From assembly GCF_004010195.1 (NCBI RefSeq), contig NC_057728.1, forward strand, positions 46,652,645-46,712,278: a stretch of DNA of 59,634 bases, read 5' to 3'. Below the pieces are notes generated by a model. That model worked only from the letters and a program-made list of their open reading frames with translations, was not told the origin of the DNA and did not search any database. Below, piece by piece: positions 10,852-23,395 of the stretch; position 1 is the first letter of the stretch, and the number at the start of each line of letters is the position of its first letter. The position numbers and the translations under genes were made by a program. The stretch is from Chiloscyllium plagiosum (Eukaryota).

Positions 10852-12129
10852 AACACAAATTCCCAGCTCGGCGAACAGAACCACAATAACATAAAGTTTA
10901 ATTCTTCAAGTGCCTTGATAAATTTGTAAACAAACAAGAAACATTAAATGCATATTCTGTTATTACAGCTTTTTTAAAAGTATCAATCTTTCTTCAATCA
11001 ATTGACTACCTGCTGAGCTGAAGCCATTATTAACTTTTGAAACTCAGCCAAGAATTCATAATAGCCACAGCTGTCTGAGTTAAGGTTTTCAGCTACATGG
11101 CCTGAAACTGACAGAATAGAATAATTTCCCATTTCCAGTTCTCCAAATAAATGGAGGAGGGCAGGTACAGTGATTTGACATTCGAAGGTAAGATTTTCTT
11201 TGATAGTGAAGCATTTCCTTAATTTCTAATTCATTATGGCACTTTCATCCATGGTAAAGGTACTGTCATGTGTGACAAGAAAGGTGGGCAATGTTAATGG
11301 TTAATTTACCTTTTCAGAACTAGCTCTTATGATGAATCATTTTATTAAAATATGTCTGCATTACAGTGCAGCATTTAATTGTCACATTTAAAAGTTCAAA
11401 TATTTTGCATGTGGTTTACAGAATGCCCCCAATTGCACAACAGACTTCTCGTGATGGTCACAAACTGTACATGTACTTCCGTACTTTTAGGGTTCCCAAA
11501 CCTGGACACAACTGGAAAATTATTTACAGGAGGAAATATAGTCTCCTTGTGTAGCTCACAATGAGAATGCTCACCTCAAAATAAGGGTGCTTGTATTTTA
11601 AATGGAAGGCCTTTCCAACCCATGAAAAGGCTATTCAAAAAATTGCTTGAACCTAAGACAGCAAAGGAAAATTGTTTTTCCGGTGAAAATAAGAACTTAA
11701 TTTATCATTTCAAGCTGAGATTGCAACATCCGGCCTTAACCGGGAACTGATGCTTGAATAAGTCATTTCCCACAGTGATCCTCCAGTGACACTGGCATGG
11801 AAAAATAAACAGACAAAATCTACTGTCCTCTAAGTTTACTCATCCAAACAGTTTTAGGGAAATTGCAAACCACAGAACTGGAGAGAGTCACAGATTTTGG
11901 AAGAAAAGCTAAACAGTTACAGAAAATGCCACACTCAAAAATCAAGAATTTCACTGGTGTGGAAGCAAACAACTGTTCATGAGTCAGTTTTTTAGAAAAC
12001 ATATTCACATTTATTATGTTGTACTTGCTTAAACATGCTGCTATATAATTTCTACAGAGAATGATTAATGAATTAAAATATTTGACTCCACTGCCAGCAA
12101 AGGAAAACTGAAGCTACTTGAAAGTTCCT

Positions 12130-12470
12130 TTGTATAGGTGGAGGCCAATCTCCTCCTTGTGCTTGTTCTGCCATTCAGTTAGATCAGGGCTGACCTAGAC
12201 CTGAACTCCATTTGCCCACCTGAGCTTCATGCTGCATGTCTCTTGATGCCCCTTTCTAGCAACAACTTAATAATCTCAGGATTGAAAGCTGTGATTGTGC
12301 CAGCAACACACTTCTGGGAGAGAATTTTTGGATTTCCGTTGTCCTTTGTTAAGAAATATTCTTCCTGACATCCTTCCTAAATGAGTTAGCTCTGATTTTA
12401 AGATTATATCTTTTTGGTTTATTTCCACCTTCAAGTTCAAATAATTTCTTTGAATCTACCCCGTTGACCC
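12130..12470 (-). mobile_element. Old CR1 3' remnant
   Basis: ttctgccattcagttagatcagggctgacc...aatctcagg...cttcctgacatcc...ctctgattttaagattat, matching other minus-strand CR1 tails. Confidence 0.6.
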
Positions 12471-13659
12471 TTTTGCAACATGATATAAAACAAATCAGCG
12501 TGTGTCAGTTCCCTTCACCTGCATGTCCAGAATTAGATACGAAGGTGTGACAAACACATTGGGTTGTGTTTTTTTTAATAAAGGCACACATCTCACACTT
12601 CAGCTATTGATATCTGTCCCCGCAGTACCTGCTGGCCATTTTACAATCTGTTCTGTAGTACAGTTTGCTTTGATAAATAATTAATTCTGCTCTCTGATTT
12701 GATACAGTATTTGCTGATGCATTATGAAACAACAACTGTCTTAGTTTTTCATGTGATTGTACCATCAAGTGATTGTCACATGTTTATTGTGCAGGCTTTG
12801 TTTCCCGATCCTCCATCATCCATTATGTTGTGCCTGAGCCTTGCTGGAATGGAAACCCAATAAAATAGCCTGGCCTGAAGTTACTGTTTGATTTTAATGG
12901 GTTCCACAAGCTTTCACATCAGCTTTAAAAACATTGAACCAGGCCTCAACCCCAAAACCAACCAATTCTGAAAGGTGAATGAATTGCCATTGGGAGTATC
13001 CACAGTGTACTTACAGACCTTCAAGAAAGCAATTTAACCTGAACCTTTGGGTATAAGGACAAAAACTGCTACAGTATGAAACATTATTGAATCAAATCTT
13101 TTTTTAAAATTATAAGAAAGTTAATACTGTTCCCCAATCTAACTAGGATTAAAAAAAACAAAATAATATTTAATTAATTAAAATAATATGCTGGATTGAC
13201 ATTGTGATCTAAACTGCTTATTTTTTGTGCTAAGCGGTTTATCATCTGCATGAGTCATAATTTACCAAGTTGCCACTGTTAAATATTTCAAAGAATATAT
13301 GTAAACAATTTTTAAAAATAAGATATTATTTATAGTGCTGCTAAATTGAACAGATACATGGCAGATCTTGTATTTGAAGAAATTAGTTTGAACAGAATGT
13401 AGTGTTTAGTAAATCTTTTTAAAATAGAGTCAATTTGTGCCAATACTGCTGGTGTGTCAACTCTACCCTCTTATGTTTAATGCAACAAAGTACCAAAATC
13501 AAGTGACAGATGCAAGGAAATAATTCATCTGCTGATATGTAAAGACTTGTTTCTTTTTCTGCATTATCTTTGGACTGTCAACAAAATTAATTTTGTAAAA
13601 TATCTGATTCCCAGACTGTTAAAGAGTCTACTGTGTGAAGTAGACCATACCAGGCTCAA

Positions 13660-13765
13660 AACATTAATTCATTTTGTCTCTCTACAAATGCTGTCTAACC
13701 TGCTGAGTTTCTCCAGCACTTTCTCTTGTCATTCCAGATTTTCAAATTCTACTGTACTTTGCATG
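13660..13765 (+). mobile_element. Penelope pLTR tail remnant
   Basis: tctctctacaaatgctgtctaacctgctgagtttctccagcactttct...ccagattt, related to 52510-52700. Confidence 0.6.
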
Positions 13766-14176
13766 TTTGCAACAAAAATTGGTCAAATTCTTTGACTATC
13801 CCAAAGGTTAGTGATTGGCAGTTTTACACCTGTGTGAGGAATGATTAATTTTAGATGTTAGTGGAGTGAACTGATAATGTTTCACAAATGGTTTTGTCTC
13901 TTGCTTGAATATGAGCCTATGTAGGGATTAAATTTGTCAATTTGACTTATTCCTTTACACATAATTTTAAGTTTGCCAGAGTGTGAAATAAGCTGCTCAT
14001 TCTCTATCGCATATTTTGCATGAGTGCTGAAAATCAATTCCATTCATTGTTATTAATTAAATTGAAATAAATTAAAAATATTAAAAGAACAGAACTGATC
14101 GCTTTTTTATAATTATACACTGAAACCAATGCTGTGTAATTTGTAGCTCATTCTACTGACTTATAATTACTGAAGT

Positions 14177-15240
14177 TGTTAGTGCTCAAAACGTTTGTGA
14201 TTTCAAATCAACCCGTTGGACTATAACCTGGAGTCATGTGCCTTCTGACTTTGACCACCCCAGTCCAATACCAGCACCTCCACATCACAGGTTCCAGGGT
14301 GACGGGGGATGATTTGGCTCCCCTTCTTCATTCACCCTCACGCCACCTCCACTACCAACCCCAGATGGCCATAGCGACATTAATTTAGTGAAAGATCCCC
14401 CTCTGTGGATGGCTTTCTCCCAGACCAGATTAATTTCTGTTTTAAGAGGAGTTGATTTAATCAGGCTTTCAGGAGTTAAACAGACTGGACTGTAATCGGT
14501 TTTGGGTTGCGGAGATAACAAAAGGTCGATGTCCCCCTGCTCAAGAACAAAACATTCTCTGCAGATTATGTTAGATTTTGTATTGCTCCATTTGAAGAAT
14601 GCACATGGACAGGACCAGTTTCAGCTCAAAAAGAGTGAACTATCAGGACTGTAGGCTCTGGAGTGTATCAGACTGGATGTGAATATTAGCATGCTTAGAG
14701 TGTTAAGATGTCCAAGAGCTATCCCTTTGTCACCCCTCTGCTGTTGGCAAGGATGTGCTTAATCTCTGACTGCTGCAAGTTAATTTTAAAAAGGAATCTG
14801 GAGAAAGGGGATCAACCTATCTCCAATAATCTCAAAAAGTATTTCTTTAACTGCCAACCAATCTGCTCTTCATGAACAATTCAGAGACTGAACCATATAA
14901 TCTAATGTTTTGGTTTGTAAGTTTTTGGACTCACCTCTTATTTCTATGTGAATGAATGATGTATTTACTCATTCTTTCTCCTGTTTAATAAGCCATAAGC
15001 TCACTTTTGTTGACTCAAGAAAGCCCTGTTAAATTGTTTACTTTTAAAGCGTAAGTTCATTTGGGAGAAATGTATCAACAGGGGAAGGGATGCTTCTCAA
15101 ACTAACTTTGTGGCAACTACTCAAAGGGGTGGGTAAATTAAGAAAGGAAACCAGTGCATCCCTCCCCACACCAGAGCTTGGGGTGTCCCATCTGGAACCA
15201 GAACAAATCGAGCAACTTCGCTCTGCGTCAGGTCATAACA
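14177..15240 (+). mobile_element. Candidate solo LTR (Gypsy-like), with a Penelope fragment inserted near its 5' end
   Basis: Starts TGTTA and ends ggtcataACA. Internal composition is LTR-like with no ORF. A TSD is not clearly preserved. Confidence 0.4.
14182..14287 (+). mobile_element. Penelope pLTR fragment
   Basis: gatttcaaatcaacccgttggactataacctggagtcatgtg...ccaccccagtccaataccagcacctccacatca. Same family as 28117-28325, 34795-34922, 44393-44566 and 47740-47884. Confidence 0.8.
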
Positions 15241-15345
15241 TGAGGGAAAAATGGCAGATTCCCTTCCTGGAAGGTCAAAGATGAATCAGATAAATCTTTA
15301 CAAGAATCAATGGTTGCTTCATGGTTGCCATTACAGAAGCTTCAG
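15241..15345 (-). mobile_element. Internal fragment of the SINE family at 23040-23395
   Basis: ggcagattcccttcc...gatgaatcag...catggttgccattacagaagct is a reverse-complement match to 23170-23250. Confidence 0.55.
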
Positions 15346-15349
15346 TTCC

Positions 15350-15552
15350 TTCGAACGAGCTGCTAGAGGAAGTGGTGGAGGCTGGCACAATTAAAACATT
15401 TAAAAGGCATCTGCATGAGTGTATGAACAGGAAGAGTTTGGAGAGATATGGGCTGGGTGCTGGCAAGTAGACTAGATTGGGTTGGAATATCTGGTCAGCA
15501 TGGACGAGTTGGACTGAAGGGTCTGTTTCATGCTGTATATCTCTTTGACTTT
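15350..15552 (+). mobile_element. CR1/HER1-type LINE 3' tail
   Basis: gaggaagtggtggaggctggcacaatt...gatatgggc...gacgagttggactgaagggtctgtttcatgctgta. Confidence 0.88.
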
Positions 15553-15739
15553 TAATTTACAAGGTATCATCTGCTCTGGTGGGAGGACATTTAATTGGGC
15601 CTCTACTCATCCAATGATCTTACCATCATACCATATTCCCCACCCCTCCCCATTAACAATAGAAGGCAAAGTGGTTTGCGATGGGGAATCATCCTCCCCC
15701 AGAGATTTCCTATCTGGTATGCCATAGCGAATTGTATTG

Positions 15740-16460
15740 GGACATTTAGTCTTCTTTACACAAATAGATGACCTTCTTAACAAGTTAAAAGCAGGCTCTG
15801 AATATTTAGTTTACACATTAGAGAAAATTCAAGATTGTATCAATTCCTTGCAAGATGATCTTCTGCTATTGCAAAATTAGCTGATAGGAGATGAATAAAA
15901 AACTGCTATGTCAGGTGTAGTACCAACAAAACAAATCCACTAGCAGATAGTTTTAAGTTTGTAAACAAATTCTCCAACAGGCTGGTTCACAATAATCTTA
16001 GGGCTCATTGTAAAACCTATCATTAATGAAGATTCCGCATTCATCACTTAACATCCAAAACAAACAAGATTTTTGATTTCTTAGGAGGAATTTCTGGTAT
16101 TGCAACAAAAATATCCGAGATCTGATTTACGAAACATTTGTTTGTCCAAACCTGAACTGTGCATGGTATCCTTACATGGTGCAAGTAATACATCATTTTG
16201 AAACATTCCAAAGATATGCCACATTGTGCTGCCAAGGTCATCATGGGAGCTACACCGGTGACACATTACTAATGAAATATTTGGATTGGGAATCATTGCA
16301 GAAAAGGCAGGAGAAAAATAGACTGACCACATTCTGTAGAATATGGAAAGGGCTGGTGGGAACTGTTGGAAAAGAGTACTTGGTATCCTTTGGAAATGAC
16401 AAAACTCAAGGTAGCCATCCACACAAGCTACAAAGATTGTTTCCATGATAGTGCACCAAC
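15740..16460 (+). mobile_element. Very old CR1/L2-group LINE RT C-terminal remnant of a different lineage
   Basis: Frame-broken translation ...ANKILxFLRRN-like, LIYETFVCPNL, W.PY, then YLDWESLQKRQEKNRLTTFCRIWKGLV, resembling LxWxSLxxRRxxxRLxxFYKIxxGL. Confidence 0.65.
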
Positions 16461-16959
16461 AACCTTTCCACCCAAGGACAATCCCACAATTGAACAAGCT
16501 GCCAAAAACATCAATCACAGCACTTGTATTCAATTTACATTTTCAGACAAACATTTAAATGATTTCTATTTAAATATTTTCATAATCAGAACTACCATTT
16601 CAGGCCACTTTGGTTTAGTTAGGTCTATCCATACAAATGTTGTTGAAATATAGATATTGATTTGTGATACTGGCACAAATAAAGCTGAATCTACTCATAC
16701 ACACTCTTAGGTCCCTGTTGAGTTTTCAAGAAGTTGCAGCACAAATCACACTCAGGCTAATGTGTCAGTCATGGAAGGAGATTGCATGAAGTCTGTGTGC
16801 TGTCTGCCTCAAAGGGACCAGTCTCATGACCTAGTGACCATGAACAGATGCAATTAAATTACTAACTACAGGCGTGACTTAATGAATTCTACAACTTGGA
16901 ATTGATCAAGTCATCTGATAACTTTCACAATATTTTCTAACAATCTCTTCTACAGGTTT

Positions 16960-17072
16960 TTGTGTGTAGGTGGTAGTGCCCATACCTCAAAGTCAGGAGT
17001 CCTGGGTTCTGATCTCACCTGTACCAGAGGTTTGCAGTAACATCCCTGAAAAAACTGATGTCAGAAAACACC
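16960..17072 (+). mobile_element. Short tRNA-derived SINE; relatives at 22860-22958(-), 53808-53925(+) and possibly 17135-17220(-) and 41310-41500(+)
   Basis: gtggtagtgcccatacctc...cctgggttctgatctcacctg..ccagagg...taacatccctgaa. Similar A/B-box-like head and body in the other copies. Confidence 0.55.
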
Positions 17073-17249
17073 CAGAGTGAACCGCAATGAAGAGACAGAC
17101 CCACTGAATCTATTACAATATACAGATCAACCTTTTCCAGAATCTCTGGAGGAGGTGGGGCTTGAATCTAAACATTTTAATCCAGGAGCGTGGATACTAT
17201 CACTACACCAGAAGAGCCCAATGTTCCATGAACAAATGGAATTGGATGG

Positions 17250-20105
17250 ATAACCTTACATTGAGCGAGCTACCAGAAAAGACCACAGCAGAAACAGCCC
17301 TGTCAACTGTCCAAAGTCCTCCTATGAACATCTCAGGGCTAGTGCCAAAATTAAGAGAGCTATCTCTTAGACTAGTCAGGTAACAGCCTGACATAGCCAT
17401 ATTCATGGAATCATACCTTACAGACAATGCCCCAACACCATCATCACCATCCCTAAATATGTCCTGTCTCATTGCAGGACAGACCCAGTAGGGGTGGCAG
17501 CACCATGGTATATAATCAGGAGTGAATTGTCCTTAGAGTCCTCAATATTAAATCCAGACCCCATGGCTTCAAGTTTAACAACATTAAGGAAACCTCTCCT
17601 GGTGAATCGTTACTCTTCAATTTTAAACAACACTTGGAGAAAACACTGAGGATGTCAAGGGCACAAAATGTATTCTGGGTGGGGGATTTCAATGACTACC
17701 ACTAAGAGTGGCTCAGCAGCAGTACTGATCAAGCTGGTCGGGTCCTAAAGGTTCCTAAAAGAGATTGCTTCTAGACTAGATCTGCAGCATATTGTAAGAA
17801 ACCAACACGAAGGAAAAACATACTTGATCGCATCCTTACCAATCTGCCAGCTGCAAATGCATCTGTCCACGACAGTGCTGGTGAAAGTGACCACCACACA
17901 GTCCTTGTGGAGTTCAAATTCCATTTACACATTGAGAATACCCTCCATCATGTTGTGTGCCACTTTCATTATGCTAAATGGGATAGACTTCCAAAAGATG
18001 TAGCAACTCAAAACTGGGCACCCACGAGCCATCATGAGCCACTCACAGCATCAGAGTGGCACTCCAGCCCAATCTGCAACCTCATGGCCCAGCATATCTC
18101 CCAAATAACCATCACCAGCAGGCCAGGGGAATAACCCTGGTTCAATGGAAAGTGCAGGAGGGCATCCCGGAATTAGCACCAGGCATACCTGAAAATGAGG
18201 TGCCAACCTGGTGCAGCTACCAAACAGGGCTACTTGCATGCTGAACAGTAGAAGCAACAAGTGATAGACAGAGCTAAACGATCCCTCAAGCAATGGATCA
18301 GATCTAAGCTCTGTGGTCCTGCAACATCCAATCATGAATGCTCGTGGACCATTAAACAACTCACTGGAAGAGGAGTCTGCACGAGTAACCCCACCCTCAA
18401 TGATGAAGCAATGCAGCACGAGTGAAACAGGAAAGGCATTTGCAACAATCTTCACTGAAAATGCTGAGTAGATGATCCATCTTGATCTCCTTCAATTGTC
18501 TTCAGCAACACAGATACCAGTCTTTAGTCAATTCAATTCACTCCATGTGATATCAAGAAATTGGTTGGAGGCACTAAACACAGCAAAGGTTATGGGCCCT
18601 GACAAGTTTCCGACTATAGTATTGAATGCTTGTGCTCCAGAACTTGCTGCTCCGCTAGTCAAAATCTTCCAGTACAGTTACAACATTGACATCTACCTGA
18701 CAATGTTGAAAATTGCCCAGATATGCCCTATAAAGAAAAAGCAGGACTGATCCAATCCAATTAATTATTGCACCATCTGTCGATTCTCGATCATTAGTAA
18801 AGTGATGGAAGATATCATCAACAGTGCTATCAAGTAACAACTGCTCAGCAATAACCTGCTCAGTGATGCCCAGTTCAGGTTCCGCTGGGGCTACTCAGCT
18901 CCTGACCTCATTACAGGCTTGGTTCAGACATGCACAAAAAGGTTGAATTCCAAAGGTGTGGTAAGAGTGAGGGGCCTTGTCACCAAGGCCATATTTCACT
19001 AAGTATGGGATCAAGTAGCATGAGTAAAACTAGAATTAATGGGTATCAGGAGGCAAACTCTCCACTAGTTGGAGACATACCTGGCACAGAGGAAGATGGT
19101 TGTAGTTGTTGAAGATCAATAATCTCAGCTCCAGGACATCTCTACAGGAGTTCCTCAGAGTCGTGTTCTAGACCCAACCATCTTCTGCTACTTCATCAAT
19201 GACCTTCCCTCCATCAAAAGGTCAGAAGTGGGGAAGTTCGCTGATGATCACACAAGTGTGGCACCATTCACAATTCTTCAGATACTGAAGCGGTCCATGT
19301 TTAAATGCAACAAGATCTGGACAATGTCCAGGTTTGGGCTGACAAGTGTCAAGTAACATTCACTTCATGCAAATGTTGACAATGACCATCTCCAATAAGA
19401 GATAATCTAACCACCATGATATTCAATGGTGTTACCATCACTGAATCCCCCACTTTCAACATCTTAGGGGGCTATATTTGCCAAAATGTCAATTGGACAC
19501 ACCACGTAAACATAATGGCCACAAGAGAAGGTCAGAGGCTAGGAATACTGCAGTGAGTAACTCACTTCCTGACTCTCCAAAGCCTGTCCACCATCTCCAA
19601 GGCACAGGCCATGAAAATGGGAAGGAATACTCCCCAGCTGCCTAGATTGGTGCAGTTCCAACAATGCTCAAGAAGTTTTAACCATCCAGGACAAAGCAGT
19701 CTGCTGGATTGGCACATCCATTCCCTCCCCCACCGATGCTCAGTAGCAGCAGTGTGTACTATCTATAAGTTACAGTCCAGAAATTCAACATACATCCTCA
19801 GATGGCTCCCTCCGAACCCACAACCATTTGCATCTGGAAGAATAGTTGTAGCAGGTACATGGCAACACCACTATCTGCAAGTTCCCCTCCAAGTCACTCA
19901 CCATCCTGTCTTGGAAATATATCGCTGTTCCTTCAGTGAAGCGGGGTTAAAATCCTGGAATTGCCTCCCTAAGGGTATTGTGGGTCAACCTACAGCATGT
20001 GGTCTGCAGCAGTTCAAGAAGGCAGCTCACCACCACCTTCTCAAGAGCAACTGGGGACGGGCAATAAATACTGGCCAGCCAGCAGCATTCATGTCCCACG
20101 AATGG
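17250..20105 (+). mobile_element. Near full-length decayed CR1-clade LINE ORF2 (APE endonuclease plus RT), second shark family
   Basis: Motifs NISGLVPKLRELSLRLV..QPDI, WVGDFN, DRILTN, SDHHTV, KVMGPDKFP..VL..CAPELAAPL, QFRFR, GVPQSRVLDP, KFADD. Tail ggcagctcaccaccaccttctcaag...gggcaataaatactggcc. Many stops and frameshifts. Confidence 0.92.
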
Positions 20106-20574
20106 AGAGTAAAAACAAGTGCTAACACTGTTTTCTTCTCAGATAGTGCCAGATCAATACTCTCTCATTTTGTATATGGTTGTCACAACATTTTGCAGAA
20201 AACCTTGAAATAGGCAGCAAACTCTGGGAACCTGGTGGAAAAGCTTCATACTGCAGTTTCTACTCATGTCTGCCTGGAACTATCGAAAAATGTGTGGGAA
20301 CAGAAGGAAAATTCCAGCCCATCAGCATCGATTGCATTTCCCTCCCACTGGATGAAACTTGGTTATATGTCTGCAACCTTCCTATCTTTTCACTTTCGGA
20401 ATCAATTCAGTAACAAAAACGCCATATGTTTTTAATTTAAACATTTTTAACTGTTATGAATCTTTTAAAATGGTGCTTAAATTATACTTATCACCAGTAA
20501 TTCTATTATTTATTGTCCATCGATGTTTACCCTTGAGATGGACATTCTATAAACAATGCATCAGCTAAGGTGCT

Positions 20575-20718
20575 CCCAATATGGTGTCAGATTTAGCAGG
20601 ACTTTGAGTCAACAATGATGAAGGACTAAAGATACACCTCCACGTCTGGATGCTAAATATTGTCGAGAGGAATTTGGTGTTCTCACAGATTGGTGCACTT
20701 GTTCTTCTGGGGGCGAGA
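20575..20718 (-). mobile_element. Short remnant of the 17.2-20.1 kb LINE family 3' region
   Basis: caggactttgagtcaacaatgatgaagga...gcacttgttcttctggg resembles the reverse complement of ~19830-19970. Confidence 0.45.
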
Positions 20719-23039
20719 TTTTTATCAAAGACTTTTTCCTTATCTTTGTATTATTTGTTCAACTGCTTTTCCCTTTTTTTGATGAATATTTCTCATTGTT
20801 GTCCCATTTTGGTTTGTAAAATAATGGTTTATTCTGTTCAGATGAAATTCCTTTAAAAACTGCTGATGTCGAGCAGCAGCAAGAAATACAATGCATTCTG
20901 GCAGGTAGTGCAAATAGTGAAACTCCAGCACAGTAATTCGATCATCCAGCATAAAAGACAGAATTCAATAGTATAATGGAAAGAGAAGGAAGAAATGTTT
21001 AACAGTTGTCAAAACTTCAGCTTTTGTTTTGTTAAAACATGCAGAAAATGGGAAATTGTGAGCAAATTTATGCTCTGGATGCATGTTTAGTTAAGTGCAA
21101 CACCATTTCAGAAAAATCTAACAATTTGTCCAATTATTAGAGAGTGGGTGCAATAAAAGCAGCTGTCAGCTCAAAGCACAATGAGTGAGGACTTCTATCA
21201 TGTATGAAATAGAGAGTTGCTCAGAGTAGTTTTATAAACTGCTCTGTTACATAAATATATGTGTCTAGTTGTCTTGTTAGTTTTGTTGATAAGTGCACTT
21301 AAAAAGTATAAAATCTGATGATGTTAGAAAGCTAAAGTATCAAAAATAAACTGCTAGGCATAGATATCAATCAGTCAGCATCTGCAAACACAAATAAATT
21401 ACTTGGGCAGAACACTTTGTAACTCTATAGGTATATTAATACTAAAAGACTTCAGGAAAATCATGTTAGAAATAAGGGGGGTTGTCAGGCCAAGACAGAT
21501 ACTGTGTTTGCAATGATTGAATTAATAATTCAAATAACTGTGAGCCACATTAAATGAAAGAGAGTGAATTATTTTTAAAAATATGTAAAAGCGAAAATAA
21601 CATGCAAATGTTAAAATGAAGAGAGACTTCCTCAAGGGGCAAAGTAGATAAATACAGGAAACTGGAGTGAAGGCTCATAGAACAATCAGTCAAATGAAAT
21701 CTACTGGAAAGACAAAAGCCCCAGAATTATCTCAGGGCAGACATCAGTCGAGCAACTGTCATCATTGACAGGCAAACCATTCCAACCTTGATGTTAGATC
21801 ACTCACTTGATCACATTGAGAAAGGACCAGCGGGTTGATTTTCTCAGCACCATTTCTAACAGACCAGCCTGACCTATTTAAAGCAGGAAAGTACCTCTTA
21901 CCGTAAGGATAAATTCCCTGCATTTGTATTTTACCATCATACTTCACAAGGCGAAGATTCTTTCAAAGGAGTAGAAAGGTGAGCACTATGTTTTCAGATG
22001 CCTCCTAATGATAAGGGGAGACAGGGCAAGGTTTGGGATGTTGTTTCCAATATTTATAGGAACATATCTAGGAAAACTATCCAAAAAGCATCAGCTAGAG
22101 GGGACTGAAAGGGTCAATGTCAGTAATAGCATCCCTCAAATCACCACCCTGAGCAGCACACTCCCCCCAGCAGTATCAGTTCAAACACCTAGTGTTAAAA
22201 CATCAAGTGATTCAATTACTTCATAAATGCAGCAATGATGAGTGAAGTTGTTCACTTTTCCATTTCTCTTAACAACATTTGAAAGCGTTGCCTGTAAAAG
22301 CCGCAAAGCCAATATTGTAAGGAATCTAGTGTTAGGAACATTATGCACCGAGTCCGGGTGGCTCCTACAGGATGAAGATTATCCATTACAGAAATAAGTG
22401 CAGACATCTGTGCAGCATCCCAAAACACAAAGTAATCATTGATCATAAGGAGCTCCAGTAATTAGAATGATAATTGGGCACACCATTCGTGTGTTGCAGA
22501 TAGGATTCAGATTCCTGGATGACTATGAGGATGTATCAACATAAACTTAACACGTTCCCAAAGATTGTGGTTTTATGCTGCATAGTGACAACATTACCTT
22601 TTGTAGAGGCTAGTAACCTAGCAATTATGAATTTAGTTGAGGAAAGATCCCATGAGCAGTATGGTGATTAATGTGGCTTGAAAACAGATGGATTTAACCC
22701 ACCGTATGCTCTAATATATCATACTAGCCATCTCACCAATGTCTTTACTGCATAACTGGCCAATCCATTTGAACTCTTGTCCATACCTCACCTTTTCCTT
22801 CCACAAATATATTATTATGTTTCACCTTCCAGGGCTCAACTCTACCAAAGTTTCCAAATTTCTGTTCAGGGATGTTGTCACACACCTCTGTAGCAGTTGG
22901 AACTTAAACCCAGCTCTCCTGGCACAGAAGTATCGATTGCACCACAAGCAGCCCCCAAATGTCTACGGCCAAACAGGACACAACCAGTGTCAGATTGCAC
23001 ACAACCAGTGTCAGTTTAAGTTATTGACTTGGCAAAATA

Positions 23040-23395
23040 GGGACACTAGAGTAGTGGTAATTTCCCTGGACTTCTAATCCAGGGGACTAGGGAAGGTCTT
23101 GGGAACAAGAATGCAAATCCCAACATGATGATAGAATATGAGTCCAAATAATGAATCTGACACATAAAGCTAGTTTCAGTAATGGTGAGCATTGTTGAAT
23201 GTAAAAAAAAATCTGATTTCTAATGCCTTCTTAAGAGAGAAAATCTGCCACACTTTTGTGGCCTGGCCTACCCGTGACTCCAGCTCCATTTTGCTCTCAT
23301 GGATTCTTAATGGCCTAGCAAGCCACTCAGTTCAAGGGCAATTAGGGATGCTGGCTCTGACAGAGGTGTCCCCATCCACGGAAGAATAAGATAAA
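23040..23395 (+). mobile_element. tRNA-derived SINE sharing its 3' tail with the 17.2-20.1 kb LINE; partial copy at 35745-35910
   Basis: Head gtagtggtaatttccctggact.taatccag...caaatcccaacatg. Tail tcaagggcaattagggatgctggc...cccatcc parallels the LINE tail at 20040-20100. Confidence 0.7.

Larger units (their letters stand above)
10360..10890. mobile_element. Short Penelope insertion with inverted pseudo-LTRs (arms 10395-10577 and 10707-10890)
   Basis: The ~183-bp arms are near-perfect reverse complements. The spacer encodes a GIY-YIG C-terminus, HEFDWDNTTITGQAKQRTGREFLEAWHS...INKHIDLDPIY. A 13-bp direct repeat ataacataaagtt lies at 10347-10359 and 10886-10898. Confidence 0.92.

Noticed and set aside
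10395..10890. Long hairpin as a miRNA precursor or DNA-transposon TIRs
   Set aside because: The arms are Penelope pLTR sequence around a GIY-YIG fragment, so a retroelement inversion explains it.
19611..20213. 200-aa ORF
   Set aside because: A frameshifted piece of the decayed LINE ORF2 C-terminus running through its 3' UTR.
21300..22230. Possible very old Penelope remnant on the minus strand
   Set aside because: Only faint motif resemblance; not supportable by eye.
22979..23014. Small tandem duplications (cacaaccagtgtcag x2 here; cctcaaatgtt x3 at ~29361-29393)
   Set aside because: Ordinary slippage duplications with no further structure.
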